From positions 1 to 59,225 of the forward strand of contig JABANN010000157.1 of NCBI GenBank assembly GCA_013115125.1: 59,225 nt of DNA, given 5' to 3'. The notes beneath the pieces are model-generated. The model was not told the origin of the DNA, searched no databases, and was given only the letters and a program-made list of their open reading frames with translations. Positions 21,986 to 35,091 of the stretch are shown one piece after another. A program made the position numbers and the translations under genes. Source of the stretch: Perkinsus olseni. Its lineage: Eukaryota. The stretch's first letter is position 1, and the number at the start of each line of letters is the position of its first letter.

Positions 21986-24082
21986 ATGCATCACACCCGA
22001 GCCACATTTTTCCTGCTGTTCTTGCCAATAGTGCTCAGCCGCGATATAATAGCTGTCACGCATGAAGATCTCAGCAGAGAGCTCGGCCGTACCCTGGATA
22101 GGATAGAGAGCCTCTTGGTTCCAAAGGTCACAACCTGCTTACTCAATGTTACCAATGCCAATGGGGGTTTGGCTGGCTGTTCCGATTGGAGGCTGCGGAC
22201 GGCTTAGGCCGAGGCAGAGATCTTCTTCAACGTCACTGCGTGAGTCGGGTTTTCGGCGGCCAGGCTTCGGAAATAACATCACGCTCGTAGCCTCTCGCCG
22301 ATCTCTCGCCCAATGCTCCTTGGACCGTATCGGAATGCCCTACCGTGAACCTTATAAGAGCGTACGGTCAAGTCACGCGGGCGTCGTCGGACGTAGAACA
22401 CCCCTCATCGATTGCGTTGCGGCGTGTTGGCTCGGTCTGATTCAAGTGCTTCCTATCCTGCCTCAGGAATGTGATGTCTCCCACTGGCTTGGCCGGTCGG
22501 GATGCGGTCCTCTGCGAGACGATCTACGCCATTGGTCGGCTTGGTGTCCTCCTCAGCATCGTCATGGAGCCAGGCAAGCTTGTCGACGACGACCAACTTC
22601 TCACGGACAGTAACTGTCCGACAGTTGGTTGTGGATCGTGGCCTCCAACTGGCATGCTATGGCTGGATCGACTTTAAGGGTCATCTTCCCAATCCTCTAC
22701 TCCCTGGGGTGGCATCTCTATCACCATCGACGCCCCTGCCTTTCAGTACTCGTTCTGACTACGTCTACTCAAAGGTCGTTGATGGTATCCCACCGTGGCC
22801 TTTCAAGTACAGTGACCAGCTCCACGGCCTCCTAGGCCGCTCGATCATAAGAGGCCTCCGTAACCTCAGCAGAGGCCGTCCACCCTCTTTACAGTCCGCT
22901 CACGTCACTCTCGCCTACCGGATGCTAGCGTTGGTCTACACCGCCTTCTGTGATTACGGGTGCGGAGACGCCTGTCTGGCTTCCGCTTCGGCTGCGAGTA
23001 TGTATCTTGGCCTGGCCTACACTATCACCGAGGGCGATGGAGAGACACTCGGCATCGCAGCGAGCCTGGTGGGCCGGTCCCAGCTGCTGGTCCAAAGCAT
23101 ATTCACACAGAGCTTCGCTGAGGGGCTATGGTTGATCCATCACACCTCGGCCGGGTTCCTGTGGAGACTCTTCTACGCTTACCTCGAATCACCCGTCATC
23201 CTGTTGAACAAGTTCAGGCATTTGAAGGGTCTTGTTGAGTACCAAGAGTCCGCGTTTGAGGACATCTTTCACAACATCCACAGATTGCTACCACCACACG
23301 AGTGTCATATGCCTCAGCCCCAGCCCAGAGACTTGCTTTGGCGTAGCCGCATGAGCGCCGAGGAGGTCTACTGGCGTTACAGACTGTACGACGAGGGCTA
23401 CACTCATCCCCTCAGCAAGGGAAGGCCGTTGCAAGCAGGCTTGCTTCGTCTCGTCGATACTGATGTCCCCAAGGGGTCCACCATCAGAGTCCTGGACGTC
23501 GGCTCGGGCCCTCTGAGTTTGATAGGCACGGCATGGCAAGGGCATCCTGTCGAGCTAGTGGCAGTGGACCCCCTGGCGCCCCTGTACAAAGCACTGCTGC
23601 ATCAAGTTGGTGTGGACCCTATTGTCTATCCGGTTATGGGAGACGTGGAGGACCTGCCGCGGTACTTCCCCGTAGGGACCTCCTTCGACTTAGCCGTTTC
23701 CATCAATGCCTTGGACCACACCATCGACCCCGTCAAGTCCATTTCTGGTATGCTGGAGACTGTCAAGCCACACGGGGCAGTCCTTCTGGTGTGTCATCGT
23801 AACGAGGCTGAGCGAGAGTACGGCAAGGGCCTCCATCAGTGGAACTTCGACGTGAGCCCGGATGGTCATCTGCTGGTCTGGCGCAACTACACGTCAGCTG
23901 GCCCAGAGGTCTGCGATGTCACTACTATGCTACTCGAGAAGGTGGCGGACTCTGTCGACGCGGAAGTGTTGGAGGCCTGGGACGAGGTGTTGGCGAAGGA
24001 GTGGTATGGATTCCTGGGTGTAGAGGATGATGATGACGATGTCCCACATGTTATGGTCACGATACGGAAACGAAGCGTGTGA
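21986..24082 (+). CDS. Signal-peptide protein with C-terminal class I SAM-dependent methyltransferase domain
   Basis: MHHTRATFFLLFLPIVLS signal peptide, several small 5' exons, then a long exon with VLDVGSGP (motif I), VAVDP, GDVEDLP, FDLAVSINALDH, and VKPHG. Confidence 0.8.
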
Positions 24083-25024
24083 TCAAGTTTACTGGAACGG
24101 GTTCATGAATGTCTTTTCAGGGAGAGGGGAGGCAGCTCATCGTGAGTCAGTGACTCAGAGTCACGACGAGCTGCCTCCTTGAGTGTTGTAACGAATAGTC
24201 GTGAGCATTGGTAACGGCACCTTCCGGTCGTTTTCTGACAGCACCATTGCAACCAGCGTATGGCTCCTGACGCAGTACTGATGACGGGGGCAAATCACCT
24301 TCTGGAAAAGGGACACATCTCTTGCTCTAGAGGGCTTGTGGTGCCCCTTAATAACAGCTCGGCCTAGTAGAACTACCATCGGGCTCGTGCAAGCCCTGCC
24401 GGGTTCAAGGTTATCGGCTAGCCTCTTTCACCGTTATGATCTGGATTCTGGGTTTTCACGGGTTATTCATTTTTCCCTTCACCCCACGCGTCTACTATAA
24501 GGCCCTGTGGGGTTATGTATCGGAGCTGCCTTAAGAATTCACCCCACCTTACTTTGGTTCCAGGCGAGCCGATTCTTTTGGCATTCGGGGCTAGCGCGTA
24601 ATTTCGTGGCGCGCGACATCCTTCCACGCTTGTGATGGTTAAAGTTGAAATTTCTTTTGGCCTCCTCCCTTCTGAGTATCCCATGTAGCTCTACCCCTCT
24701 TCACTCTCACTGTGGCATCCTCTCCTTCATCGCTACTCTCATGAGGTTCCAGTTGGAGACCCTACCACTGAAGACTCTCCTGCTGCCTGTCTCTGGGATA
24801 ATAACATCAGGCGTCTCAGACAGCCGACTGGATATTCATGATTTTTTCCGAGTAATTTTATCATGGATTGGTTCTCTTCTACTTCTTGCTTGGCGGGCGC
24901 GGTCGGATGGATTTTGCTGGCGCCAAAACGGCCGTATGCTGCGGAGGGCATCGGCATATGAGCAACCAGTGCTGTTATTGTTGTTGCCAGAGAAAGCCGT
25001 CGGGTTAGTTGTTTTTTGCAAAGT

Positions 25025-26322
25025 ATGTCTGTAATTGCTCCAACAACATTCGCCCTCCCCGGTCGAAGGGGCGCGGACCTCGAGGAAGAGGACCAGCAGA
25101 CCTGTGGACTGACCGAGATGGATAGGTACTCTCGCTTGCAACGTGGGAGCATCACGAAACCCTCTTACTGTGCTTCCCTCGAGGTTCGCTCTGGCGCCGG
25201 TCGCACAGCCCCAGAGATTCTGCACAGACATGAAGGCTCGCTCGGGGCGCCTTATGAACTTCAATAAGGGTGGGCCTCGTCGCAGCTGGCAAGCGGAAGG
25301 ACATTCGGCTAGGTACCACCACCCTCGGCTTCGTCTTTGACGGTGGTGTCCTCGTGGCTGTCGATTCCCGAGCTTCAATGGGCAGCTATGTGTCCAGCCA
25401 GACGGTTCGTAAGGTCCTTCATATCACTGACAGGCTCATCGGTAATACCCTGCTGTTGCGGGCAACCCTCTCCCTCCTCCCTCGCTTCCTCTTTCTTATT
25501 GTGCGCCTCTTAGGGACCATGGCCGGTGGTGCTGCAGACTGCCAGTTCTGGGAAAGGCATCTCGGCAGACTTTGCAAGTACAAGTGGCAGAGGGGTACTC
25601 ACCGCAATGACGAGTGTCTTTCAGGTTGTACGAGCTGCGCAACAAGCAGCGCATCACTACCGCTGCTGCCTCCAAGATGCTTGCTAACATCATGTACTCC
25701 TATAAGGGGTAGTAATGGCCGCCACTCGGAAGTCCCTTGTTTTAACGTAGTCTAAGGTACGGTCTTTCCTGTGGCACGATGATCGCTGGTTATGATACTA
25801 ACACTGGCCCGGCTCTGTAGGCCCACCCTGGGTAGTAGTGGTGGTGGATGCTCCTGGACAGGTACATGGTAGACGACCAGGGCACTAGGATCAAGAACAA
25901 CATGTTCTCTGTGGGTTCTGGGTCGACCTATGCCTACGGTGTAAGTTGCCATCGCTATGCGTTCGAGTGACTACCGTGGAGGACCTCAGATCCTCGATGC
26001 TGGCTACAGGCATGACCTTACTCTTGATGAGGCTGTTGCTTTGGGAAAGCGGGCCATCTATCACGCCACTAATAAGGATGCTGCCTCTGGTGGCCATGTT
26101 AGGGTCTATCACGTTCACAAGGATGGGTAATAGTGGAAGCTGAGGGGAAGCAACTGTTGGTCATTCCTTGCTGTTGCAGGTGGACCATCATAGAGGACGG
26201 ACAGGATGTTATTGAACTTCATTACAAGTAGCAAGACGCGGCCGCTGAAGGCTCTTGGCTATTCTATGTGTCTCAGATACGCTGCTGACAAGGGGTTCTC
26301 CGGTATGGGTGAGGAGGCGTAG
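25025..26322 (+). CDS. PSMB5: 20S proteasome subunit beta type 5, multi-exon
   Basis: Propeptide followed by [66 protein letters not shown]; last exon [14 protein letters not shown]. Confidence 0.96.
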
Positions 26323-26657
26323 ACGAGGATGCGCCCAAAATACTAATACGACTATTAACTGGTGGTGGTAATGATGCACCATTCGAGTGCATCGCCGGTG
26401 GATGATGGTTTCCTTATTCCCTCTGAGTTGTTGCGTTTTCTCGGAGTGGCTTCTTCTGTTCGACGAGTGGTCGAGACTCTTGTGTGTCGGGGAGCTAGAA
26501 GAGATATTCATTCTAGCTTGGCGGTCCTTATTTCGTACTGCTGTGCCGAAGCTAGTGAAGACTGTCCTGTTCATCATGTGTTGTGAGTTGATCTTGTGCA
26601 TGCGTGCAAATCGTGTCTCGTCAGTTGTTGTTACAATTGTATAAGTAAATCGTTAAT

Positions 26658-26852
26658 ATGGATACCGCTTACTACAGCCGTCCCATTCAACAGAAGCTCG
26701 ACAAGGCCCCTAGGAGAGACCCTCCTAGCCCTCGAAAGGAGCAGGCCCATCCCGAGTTGAGGCACCCCACCACCAAGCAGGTCGAGAACTACAAGAAAGA
26801 AGGCGTTCTTGGTGATGTTGTCAGTGCGAGGAAGCGTCTCGAAAACCAGTAG
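26658..26852 (+). CDS. Short hypothetical protein (64 aa)
   Basis: ATG-initiated, coding-like ORF standing out from AT-rich flanks. No family recognised. Confidence 0.35.
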   Translation: MDTAYYSRPIQQKLDKAPRRDPPSPRKEQAHPELRHPTTKQVENYKKEGVLGDVVSARKRLENQ

Positions 26853-27215
26853 AGTCGCCGTAGCTGTGACTCACTACTGTATTTCAAGGGGATGTTATTA
26901 TACCCTTGAAAGATATGACCACTTAGTGCTTTGATGGTATCTTTGGTCGATTAGTGCTCAAGTTGACGGTGGTCGAAGATATTGTTAAAACCAGTAACTA
27001 TGATGATCGATTGTTGTATCGGGGAATGTGATTATCAGTTTATGCTGCTGCTGTTCCCTATCATGTCAAGGAACAGCATTCAGAGGTGAATATCATTGAG
27101 TTCATTACTGTAAGGATGATGAATCGGTCTTAGACGCTGTAGCTGTTGAGTTTCGAGTTGGAGGAGGGGCTCGCTAGCCTTGCGTACTACAATTCCCAGT
27201 TTAATATTAGTCGTC

Positions 27216-28033
27216 ATGTCAATTGAGGATCGATCGGCGTACTACCACTACGCGGGTGGTGAACATCATCAGGATCCACGAACCCACAACAAACGGCATC
27301 ATCGTCATCATCCCCGTCATCATCCGACCCCAACCACTGCCACCGCCGCTCATCCTGCCAGCACCGCCTCAGACGAGGCAGCGCCCTCGCTGAGCCCTCG
27401 TGACAACTCCGAGCCTCCACTGCAGCGGACGGAGGAAGGGAAGCCGGTGGACGTGGTGAGTGCCTGCAACTTTACAGGGCAGATCTGTACTGTTGCTGCA
27501 TCTTTCAGACTGCAGAGGTCTCCGATGACGACCCCGCCGCCAAGTTCATGAAGTCCTTCTCGATTTTGAGTGCGAAGACCCTCGGTCATTTGGACCAGCT
27601 CGAGGCCGCCCTCCACGACGTGGAAATGGAGGTGAGTCGATCATCCCATCGGCCGATCGCCGGTGAGGCTGTCCGTAGGTATCAGAAACCGAGCAGGATT
27701 TGATATCGGGCGAGATGTCGATCGGCAAGGCCAAAGACGACCTAGCTCAGATCGAAGCACGGTAAGGGGTCAGTGAGTGTTGGTTGAGGAGTTGATGCTG
27801 ATGTGCTCAGGCTGGACAAACTTCAGTTCAACGGTATTGATTCCGTCCAGACCGTCGACCTTCATTCTGGTACATTCCCTCGGGGTCATCTGTCGACTGA
27901 TTTTCGCATGTCAGGGAAAGAGCCGGCGAAGGCAGCGCGAAAGGAACTCGTCCGACAAGCGGAGAACCTCAGCGCTCGAATTGATAAGATTTTCAAACAG
28001 ATTAAAGAAGCGGAGAAAACTGGCCACGATTGA
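27216..28033 (+). CDS. BAG-domain-like protein with His/Pro-rich N-terminus, multi-exon
   Basis: Spliced C-terminus LDQLEAALHDVEME|...DDLAQIEAR|LDKLQFNGIDSV..LHS|GKEPAKAARKELVRQAENLSARID fits the three-helix BAG pattern. Confidence 0.6.
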
Positions 28034-28211
28034 GCTCACCGTCGAATACCATTTATAAACTCCCAGCTGCTACACAAGAAGCTATCCTTTCATATACCCC
28101 CCGTGTTTCACTTTCCTGTGTCGTGTTATCAGCAGTACTGTTGCCAACGCAAACACCTTGGGTTCACGGACATGGGGACGAACAAGTATAACAACATGTT
28201 ATCATCGTGAA

Positions 28212-30800
28212 TCAACCAAAGATACTGCTACTGGACTCGGACCAACCGCCCGTACCAGCAGCATCCTCTAGGAAAGCCGAGCTTGGTCGGTCGGTGACGA
28301 GAGGACTCCCACCGACCGAGCCAGACTCGTCCGGCACGAAGCTGAGCTCCTCGTCCTCCTCGGGTATTGACAGGAGGCCGGCGGCGGCGGCGCCCTCCTC
28401 GAATTCCTGGAAGAAGCTAGAGTCGCTCGAGCCATCCGACGTTCGCTCGTCATCGCTCGACGATGACAACTGAAAGTGAACTGTGATGATGCTGAAGGCG
28501 TCGCCGCGTCACCTGTTCCGCAACGATCGCCCGGTCTTGGAGGGCGTGCAGAATCTGAAGGAAGGGAACGTGAGCGTTCGCTCGGCCAAGAGGACCCACC
28601 TCGGCTATATCGTGAGCACAGTCGAGGCCCTCCGTGACCAGGACTGTTCCGATGAGGGCCGAGTAGTGGGCGCTCGACCAACGGCTGCCCGGCATTCGAC
28701 CGCTGAGGCTTCCTTCTCCCCATGAACTCGATGACAGAGAGGATGAGTGTCGACGGGACTGGCCGAAGCGCAATACAGTGAGGAAGACGACAGAGGCCGT
28801 TACGTCAACGGCTGCTCCACCACTCCCGAAACTGTCCAGCTCATCGCTCAGCTCTTCATCGCCGGACATGGATGGACTCTCCGACCACTCATCATCTTCG
28901 TCGGCGACTGATCTTCGTTCGACCGTTCGCTCGGTGTAGGGTGGGGTCTCGGGACCCGAAGAGCTGTCCTCACTACTGTCACCTGACAAGAGCTCCGCGG
29001 ACTTTGCCCAGAAGGTGTTTCTACTCAGTCGGTCTTCCTCCGGCCAGTCTGGTGCCTTCCAAGTGCCCATCATCAAATCAGACGTCACGAACTCGCTAAT
29101 ATTCGCCATGCTTCGCTCCGCTATCAACGACCCCTGCCTGCTGTCCCTCATCGGTCGGCCGTCTCGAATGCTCAGCTTCGCTTTGGCTGCGGCCCCCCAT
29201 CGCCCAGGCGCCTTACCCAGGTTGCTCCTCAGGAACGCCACCATCTCCCTGTTGCTGTTTCCGACGCTCGAGCTGAGAGAATCGGCGACTCTCGGGGTCT
29301 TATCGCTTCGGGCCTCCTCCCGCTCATCCCTGCCGTTTCTAGGAACGAGGTACTTCCGCTGGACCACCCGTGGGCTGCTACTGAGGCCCCCCTCGCGATG
29401 CTCCTCCCCGCCGAAGCGGTTATGTAGGGTCCCCATAGTTCCGGCGACCCCCTCTATCTTGCTACCGACCCTGTCAAGTGACCGGTGCGTCGAGGGCTCG
29501 GAAGGGAAGTCTCGTCGAGCTGAGACGAGTAAAGCTTGCCGCAACGCTACGGACGGTGACACTGGCCGGACCGCCGCCCCCTGTGAAGTTCGGGTGGCCA
29601 GAGAGGCCGGAGTGTGGACGAGTACGAGGCGTCGAGGAGCGGTCTGGTCGAGATCTCCCTCCTCGACCCGTGGGGACTCCAAAGGGAGAGAAAGACGAGG
29701 AGGCCACCGCACGACTGACGCTGGCTGTTCACGCACTGTTTGGGCCGGGGGCTCATCCCCAGCATGGGAAGGCTGCACGCTTCGACGGGGACTCCCCTTC
29801 CCAGCAGCATGAGGCGACGTTCGCTCTCGCTGCCTCTGTCGAGCCTCTCGCACAGCCAGTTCCACGATCTCTCTCCGCACCCTCTCCTCCTCCGCCGCCT
29901 CTCGAGCCGCCCTCTCCTGAGGAAGTGATGAAGATCATCGTCTCCCTCCGGTCTGGAAGTGAACACCTGCAGCAGCCTCGCCCTCAGCTCAGCCTGCTCG
30001 GCAACCTGCTCGTCTAGAATCGCCTTCAACTTCGCCTGCGAAGACACCTCTACATGGGAACCATCGCCACGAGCTCGCCCCTCACCCGCTTCTCCTTCTC
30101 TTCCCTCTTATGGTCGTCACTTGACTGCATCCCCACCATACTGCATGGAGAGTCCGAGGACAGGGTGCCCTCACTGCCGTCCGCAGTGCAGGCCTGACTG
30201 CCACTCAGCCGCTTCCTCGCTGCCTCCCGCTCGGCCACCTGGGCCTCCAGCTCATCTCGGTACCTGCCACAGCGAGTACAACATCAGGTCCTGGAGGAGT
30301 GAACCCTGACCGCTGCCGTTTTTCCTTTTCCCTCCTGTCCACCTCTTCCTGTGTTTCACATGTCTCCCCGAGGTAGAAAGTCCTCGTGTCGATTCTTATC
30401 GCCTCTCCCACAGTTCGCTGACCGACCGGAACATCCTCTTCGTAATAGATCCCTTGCCCCGCTGGACTTGGCCACTCAATGGCAGCCGCTTCCTGGGGGA
30501 TATGGTATCCCTTCTCAACCAGAGCTCCCATCTTCGGGTCCAGCGAGGCCTTCCCCGACCGCTTCGTCTCCGACCCTCTCACTGAGGGCGCCCTCAGGGG
30601 CTTCTCGTAGAACGTTCCGGTCGTGACAAGGCTGTTGAAATCGCTAAGAGTGATGACCGGAATCCCTTCCCGCCCTCGGCATTCTCCGAACCTTCCCTTC
30701 GAAGGCTCAACTCCTCTATGACTCACTGGAGGCTCCTCCTCCTCCTCCTCCTCAGTATCGCAGGTTCCCTCTACTTGCTGCTGCTGGTTCCCATGACAAA
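28212..30800 (-). CDS. Hypothetical low-complexity (Ser/Arg/Glu) coiled-coil protein, multi-exon; start uncertain
   Basis: Successive minus-strand coding-like ORFs (30205-30957, 30050-30238, 28450-29880, 28212-28469) separated by short intron-like gaps. Confidence 0.55.
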
Positions 30801-31128
30801 AGACAACCATCAAATTAACGAAACCATGCAAACAACTGAGCCACGGGAGCTGCCCTAGGCTGCAGCCTCGAGAGTACGAAGGAAGGTCCGAGGGCTCAGC
30901 AGAGGACAACGCAGATCGACGCGCCTCCCCAGTCCTCACGGCTGCGAAGTCTTGCAAGCACGAGCAACGTCCCCGCTATGAATTTTCAAATCCGTACCAC
31001 ACCAGTTTTAACTTCTCTGCTTCTGCCGCACCCGGTCCCCCAGCATCAAGGATGAGCCTCTCAAAGAATAAAAGGGACATCCCAATACGCTCGATGATAA
31101 CATTAAATTGAGCAATCACCGCGTATGC

Positions 31129-31144
31129 CACGCGTGCACGCGTG
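31129..31144. promoter_or_regulatory. Perfect 16-bp palindrome CACGCGTGCACGCGTG in a divergent intergenic region
   Basis: Read directly from the sequence; lies between the divergently oriented hypothetical gene and the carrier gene. Confidence 0.35.
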
Positions 31145-31614
31145 CTGCATCCATTGTGACGCACGCGTATCCTCGGCTGCCCCGCGCATGTATGTCTAGT
31201 ATTAGTCGGGAACCCTACCCTCTGACGATTCCCCATCTTAAAAAAACTTGGCTCGTCTTCTCCACGCCGGACCTTAACCTTCAACCCCGGCCGCCGCAAA
31301 CCCGGCATTTTTAATCCTTTCATGCATTTTTCTTGCAAATCTCGGAGCACTATGCGAGCTAGCAGTTGCTTATTGGCAGCTAGCGTGCCAAAGTCTGCTG
31401 GGGAATAAAATGGCACCTTGCGGGGACAGCCTCACGGCCGAGTCTCGACTTCCACGTGCGGCTTGGACTGAACCAGAGAACCTCTCTCTGGTTCAAGTCT
31501 TTCGAACGTTCACTAAACATATTCTAGTTTCCCTTGTTTCCGACGTTCGTTCATCCTCAGCGCTAGCTGGTCAGTTTTCCGTCGTTTTACTACTATCGTT
31601 CCTTCCTCTACTAC

Positions 31615-32520
31615 ATGTCCCTCGCATCATTAGTCTCACTACCACCAGTCACCGGGGCTGCTGTTGTCACCGCAGTGACTCTCTACCCGGTAGACATCGT
31701 CCGGGCCATGGCCATGTCCCAAGCATCCGGGGTCAAGACGAGCGTCCCCAACCTCATGAAGGACTTCTACAACGCTCACGGCATGAAAGGCTTCGTTTCC
31801 AAAGGCATTGGTGCTGAGATGGCGCGTGCCACTTTCTCCCGGTCAATCAAGTTTTGGCTGCAGCCGATCTGTCATAAGATGTTGTTCGGTAAGAAGCAGA
31901 GCGAAGGGACCTCCTTCACTAAAGGGGTTGCTGGCGGGGTTGCGACCATTCCCGAGATGGTCGTCATTTCCCCGTTCGAAAATGCCAAATTGGCTATGCA
32001 ACTGGACGCCAGCGGCCGGTTTAAGAGCACTTCGGACGTCCTCTCTCACCTCTGGAAGACTCGAGGGTTCAGCGGTTTTTACCTCGGCTTCGGTGGCATG
32101 CAGATGCGGCAGTTTGTATGGTCCGCTGGCTACTTCATGTCACTGGATAAGTGCAAGCAGGTTACTCGAAGGGTATTTGGTAAAGACAGCACTCTCTCTG
32201 ATAGCGTCGCAGGCTTCGGCGCTGGTGTGTTCGGCGTCGTCCTGAACTGCTGGACTGACGTCGTCCGGACGGTCATTCAGAAGAACGCCATCACTGAGAC
32301 CTTCAACCCGGCCGTTGCTCGTCCCAAGTTGACGCCTAGCTACTTCGTTTCTGGTGTATCGGATGTCTTCAGAACAGCTGCGGACATCTACGCCGCTCGA
32401 GGGTTCAGCGGCCTGTACGCTGGTTTTGCCGTGAAGTCGGTGTACTTGGGCTGCTCTGGCGCCCTGTTGGCAGTACTCGTCCCTCGGTTCAAAATGATGT
32501 GGGGCTGCCAAGTAGACTAA
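31615..32520 (+). CDS. Mitochondrial carrier (SLC25) family protein, possibly oxodicarboxylate/tricarboxylate type; intronless
   Basis: 301 aa with three repeats and signature motifs YPVDIVRA, PFENAKLAMQ and (W)TDVVRTVIQ; G..GFY.G and GLYAG motifs. Confidence 0.9.
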   Translation: MSLASLVSLPPVTGAAVVTAVTLYPVDIVRAMAMSQASGVKTSVPNLMKDFYNAHGMKGFVSKGIGAEMARATFSRSIKFWLQPICHKMLFGKKQSEGTSFTKGVAGGVATIPEMVVISPFENAKLAMQLDASGRFKSTSDVLSHLWKTRGFSGFYLGFGGMQMRQFVWSAGYFMSLDKCKQVTRRVFGKDSTLSDSVAGFGAGVFGVVLNCWTDVVRTVIQKNAITETFNPAVARPKLTPSYFVSGVSDVFRTAADIYAARGFSGLYAGFAVKSVYLGCSGALLAVLVPRFKMMWGCQVD

Positions 32521-32962
32521 TGGCTTATTTGATATATTTTCGCTAGTTTCCTTCGGTGCTGCTGTAGCTCGCCCTCTCTACCGCGCACTGCGATACGAGA
32601 TCGGGCTGGGGCGACACCACGTGAATTCATTGTGCTATGCACTGATGCTCTGGAAGCTGTTGCGTTCACAAGTGACAACTGGTGATCGTGGTTGGCCATC
32701 AGTTTCGTACAGTATCATCGACGTCGCGAGAGCAACCAGGCAAACACAGCGGTACTTCGAGTGCATGAGCTCGTCGACGGACTTCAGAGAATTTGCTGGA
32801 GAATATAACGCGACCGTTTACGTGGCCTCCTGAATAAACGATGGTTTGCAGAGTTCGTCTACCTCTCACCACTGCAATACAACTCGGAAGGTATCATTGA
32901 AATGTAAAGGAACGGTGCACTATTTTTGGTAATGGAACAGTTGTTTATGAAACTGACAATTG

Positions 32963-34570
32963 TCACCACGCGTCGAAGTCAAAGCCCGATCGTCCCGCAG
33001 CTGTCTGTTTTTTCCGCAGCATATCGACCAGAACGTCCTTCTTGTCAACAGCAGCCCAAGCCTCAGACTTGGAAGCCTGAGTAGCCTCGGACACTCGAGC
33101 AGCCATCGCAGTAACCCCTCCGGGGATCCTCATGGCTCGCCAATTTTTTGCACAAAATTGAAGGAGTACGGCAATGCTCAAACGGCAGACGGCAGCCGGA
33201 CGAAGTCTCAGACCCGAAGGACACCAGAAAAGATTGTACCACAGACGTATGCGATCGGCGTCAAACACTAGACCGTTCGATTCGGCATACGGGGCTCTGA
33301 GAGGGAGCAGCGCGATGAGCAGAGCGATGCGGATCGGAGAACCTCACCCTTTCGGCGCTGCTGGGTCCTCGTCAAATTGAATGCGAGCGTTCACTAGAGT
33401 GTTGACGGTATCAGACATGTCCTGTAAGCTGCTTGATTGACTTTCGCATCGCAGAAGGCGCATGAGCAGCTCTCGATGGATGTTGAACGTTGGTAACTGT
33501 TAACAATCATCACAACAGAGGCAGACGTCAATGGAGATACTTTTCGCAGAGCGATAATATGGTGCTCGAAGTCGTGCTTATCCGGCGTCCACAACGTTAG
33601 CTCCTCCAAGAACCATTCCGGGAGGTCAATCCTCGTGGCTCCCTCGCGAGACAGGGATGCTGCGGCGTAGAGTATCTGTATAGACGCTGGTTATGAAGGG
33701 GAACGAACCAACTCGCAGCAGATGGCAACTCACCTTCACGAGGCCTGCTTGTGTTATCCGCCATGGCTCGTCACCCATTTGGAAGACTTGCCGCTGGAGG
33801 TCATCAGGATCCACCTCTGAGGATTGGGGGATGGAAGGGAGGGTGAGGGGGGGGGTGGAGGGGACTCCCGGTTACTTTTCCGATGCCGCTCTGGGTGGAC
33901 TGCTTCCTTGAGGACTCGCTCCCACTCGGCGGCAACCTCACTGTATCTGAGGCGGGGTAACGTTGAAGACCTCAGTACTGTGGGAATCATGGGAGTTTCA
34001 AGTTTCTTCAGCGAGAGAGCGATTTCAACAGCCATAGATCATGGCTTGCCAAACGACTACGTAGTGATTCGCCATTTTTACGATATGCACAATCGGAGGC
34101 TAACGCCCAACCCAGAGCCATTAGAGGTGGAAAATCAGCTAGGAGTGAGTCTTCTCTCCGCGGTCTGCGCCCAATAGAGGGTATCCAAGTACTGTTACAC
34201 GTCTTGACGTTTGATGACATAGTCTACTCTCGAAAAGCGCGGCTCTTCGATAATGGCCGTCTAGTAGTCGTGAACTCTAGCCCCATACTAGGACGGGGAG
34301 TGTTGCGAGGTATTCCTCGTCCAATGTAGTGAACGTCTGCTTGCATATCTGGCCGCGGCATTGCCGGCGTAGAGTGTAGAGCTTATGCCTCCTCGCGTCT
34401 CCAATGACATTTTTGGGGCCGATCATGTCTTTCGAGCCTGAGTGCATTACCCTGTCGCAGCGAGGGCACCTCCCGCCGATTGGGTACCAGATCAACAAGT
34501 CGCAGCCGAACAGTCGCCCTTCACCCTTCTCGAACTTTCTCTCAGAGAAATTCTCCCCAAGACGCACCAG
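32963..34570 (-). pseudogene. Fragmented ORFs including a Cys-cluster zinc ribbon; possible decayed DNA-transposon gene
   Basis: 34277-34567 encodes LLIWYP..RCPRCD...KLYTLRRQC...CKQTFTTLDEEYLATLP; downstream frames are interrupted by stops or shifts. Confidence 0.3.
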
Positions 34571-35091
34571 ATAGCAAATTCGACACTCGCGCTCTTGTGG
34601 CGCTTTACACCGACGGAGCTCTGAAGCTGAGGATCGATTCGACGCAAGATTTGCTCATAATCCGTGAGCTCAGCATCTACGCTACTTCACAATGCACCAC
34701 TCCAGGTTACACTTGCCACTCGCGAGTTGCTAACATCCTGCTGATAGCCGGTTATGAACTTCAAGACACGAAGATCTGAAGCTGCAAGGCTCCTGAGTCC
34801 TGCTCTATCGAGGTTGGGCAAACATCAGATCGAAGAGGGAAGGCCGCAGACTGCGACTCACGGGCCCGGCGACACAGCCCAAGTTCCACGTATCTTCAGC
34901 ACGGTCTCAGAATAGATCATAGCCCGGTGGATTCGACGACTCGAACGAGTGACACACGTGGGCTGGGCTCGAACTCCGTAGCACGCATTATCATGATATA
35001 ATCTCGTAGCGAGAGAACTGATACTGCCAGGCTGGGCGAAAATACCACAGTATGCGACTATGAGAAGGGGTCATGATCGGTGTCTGTGATT

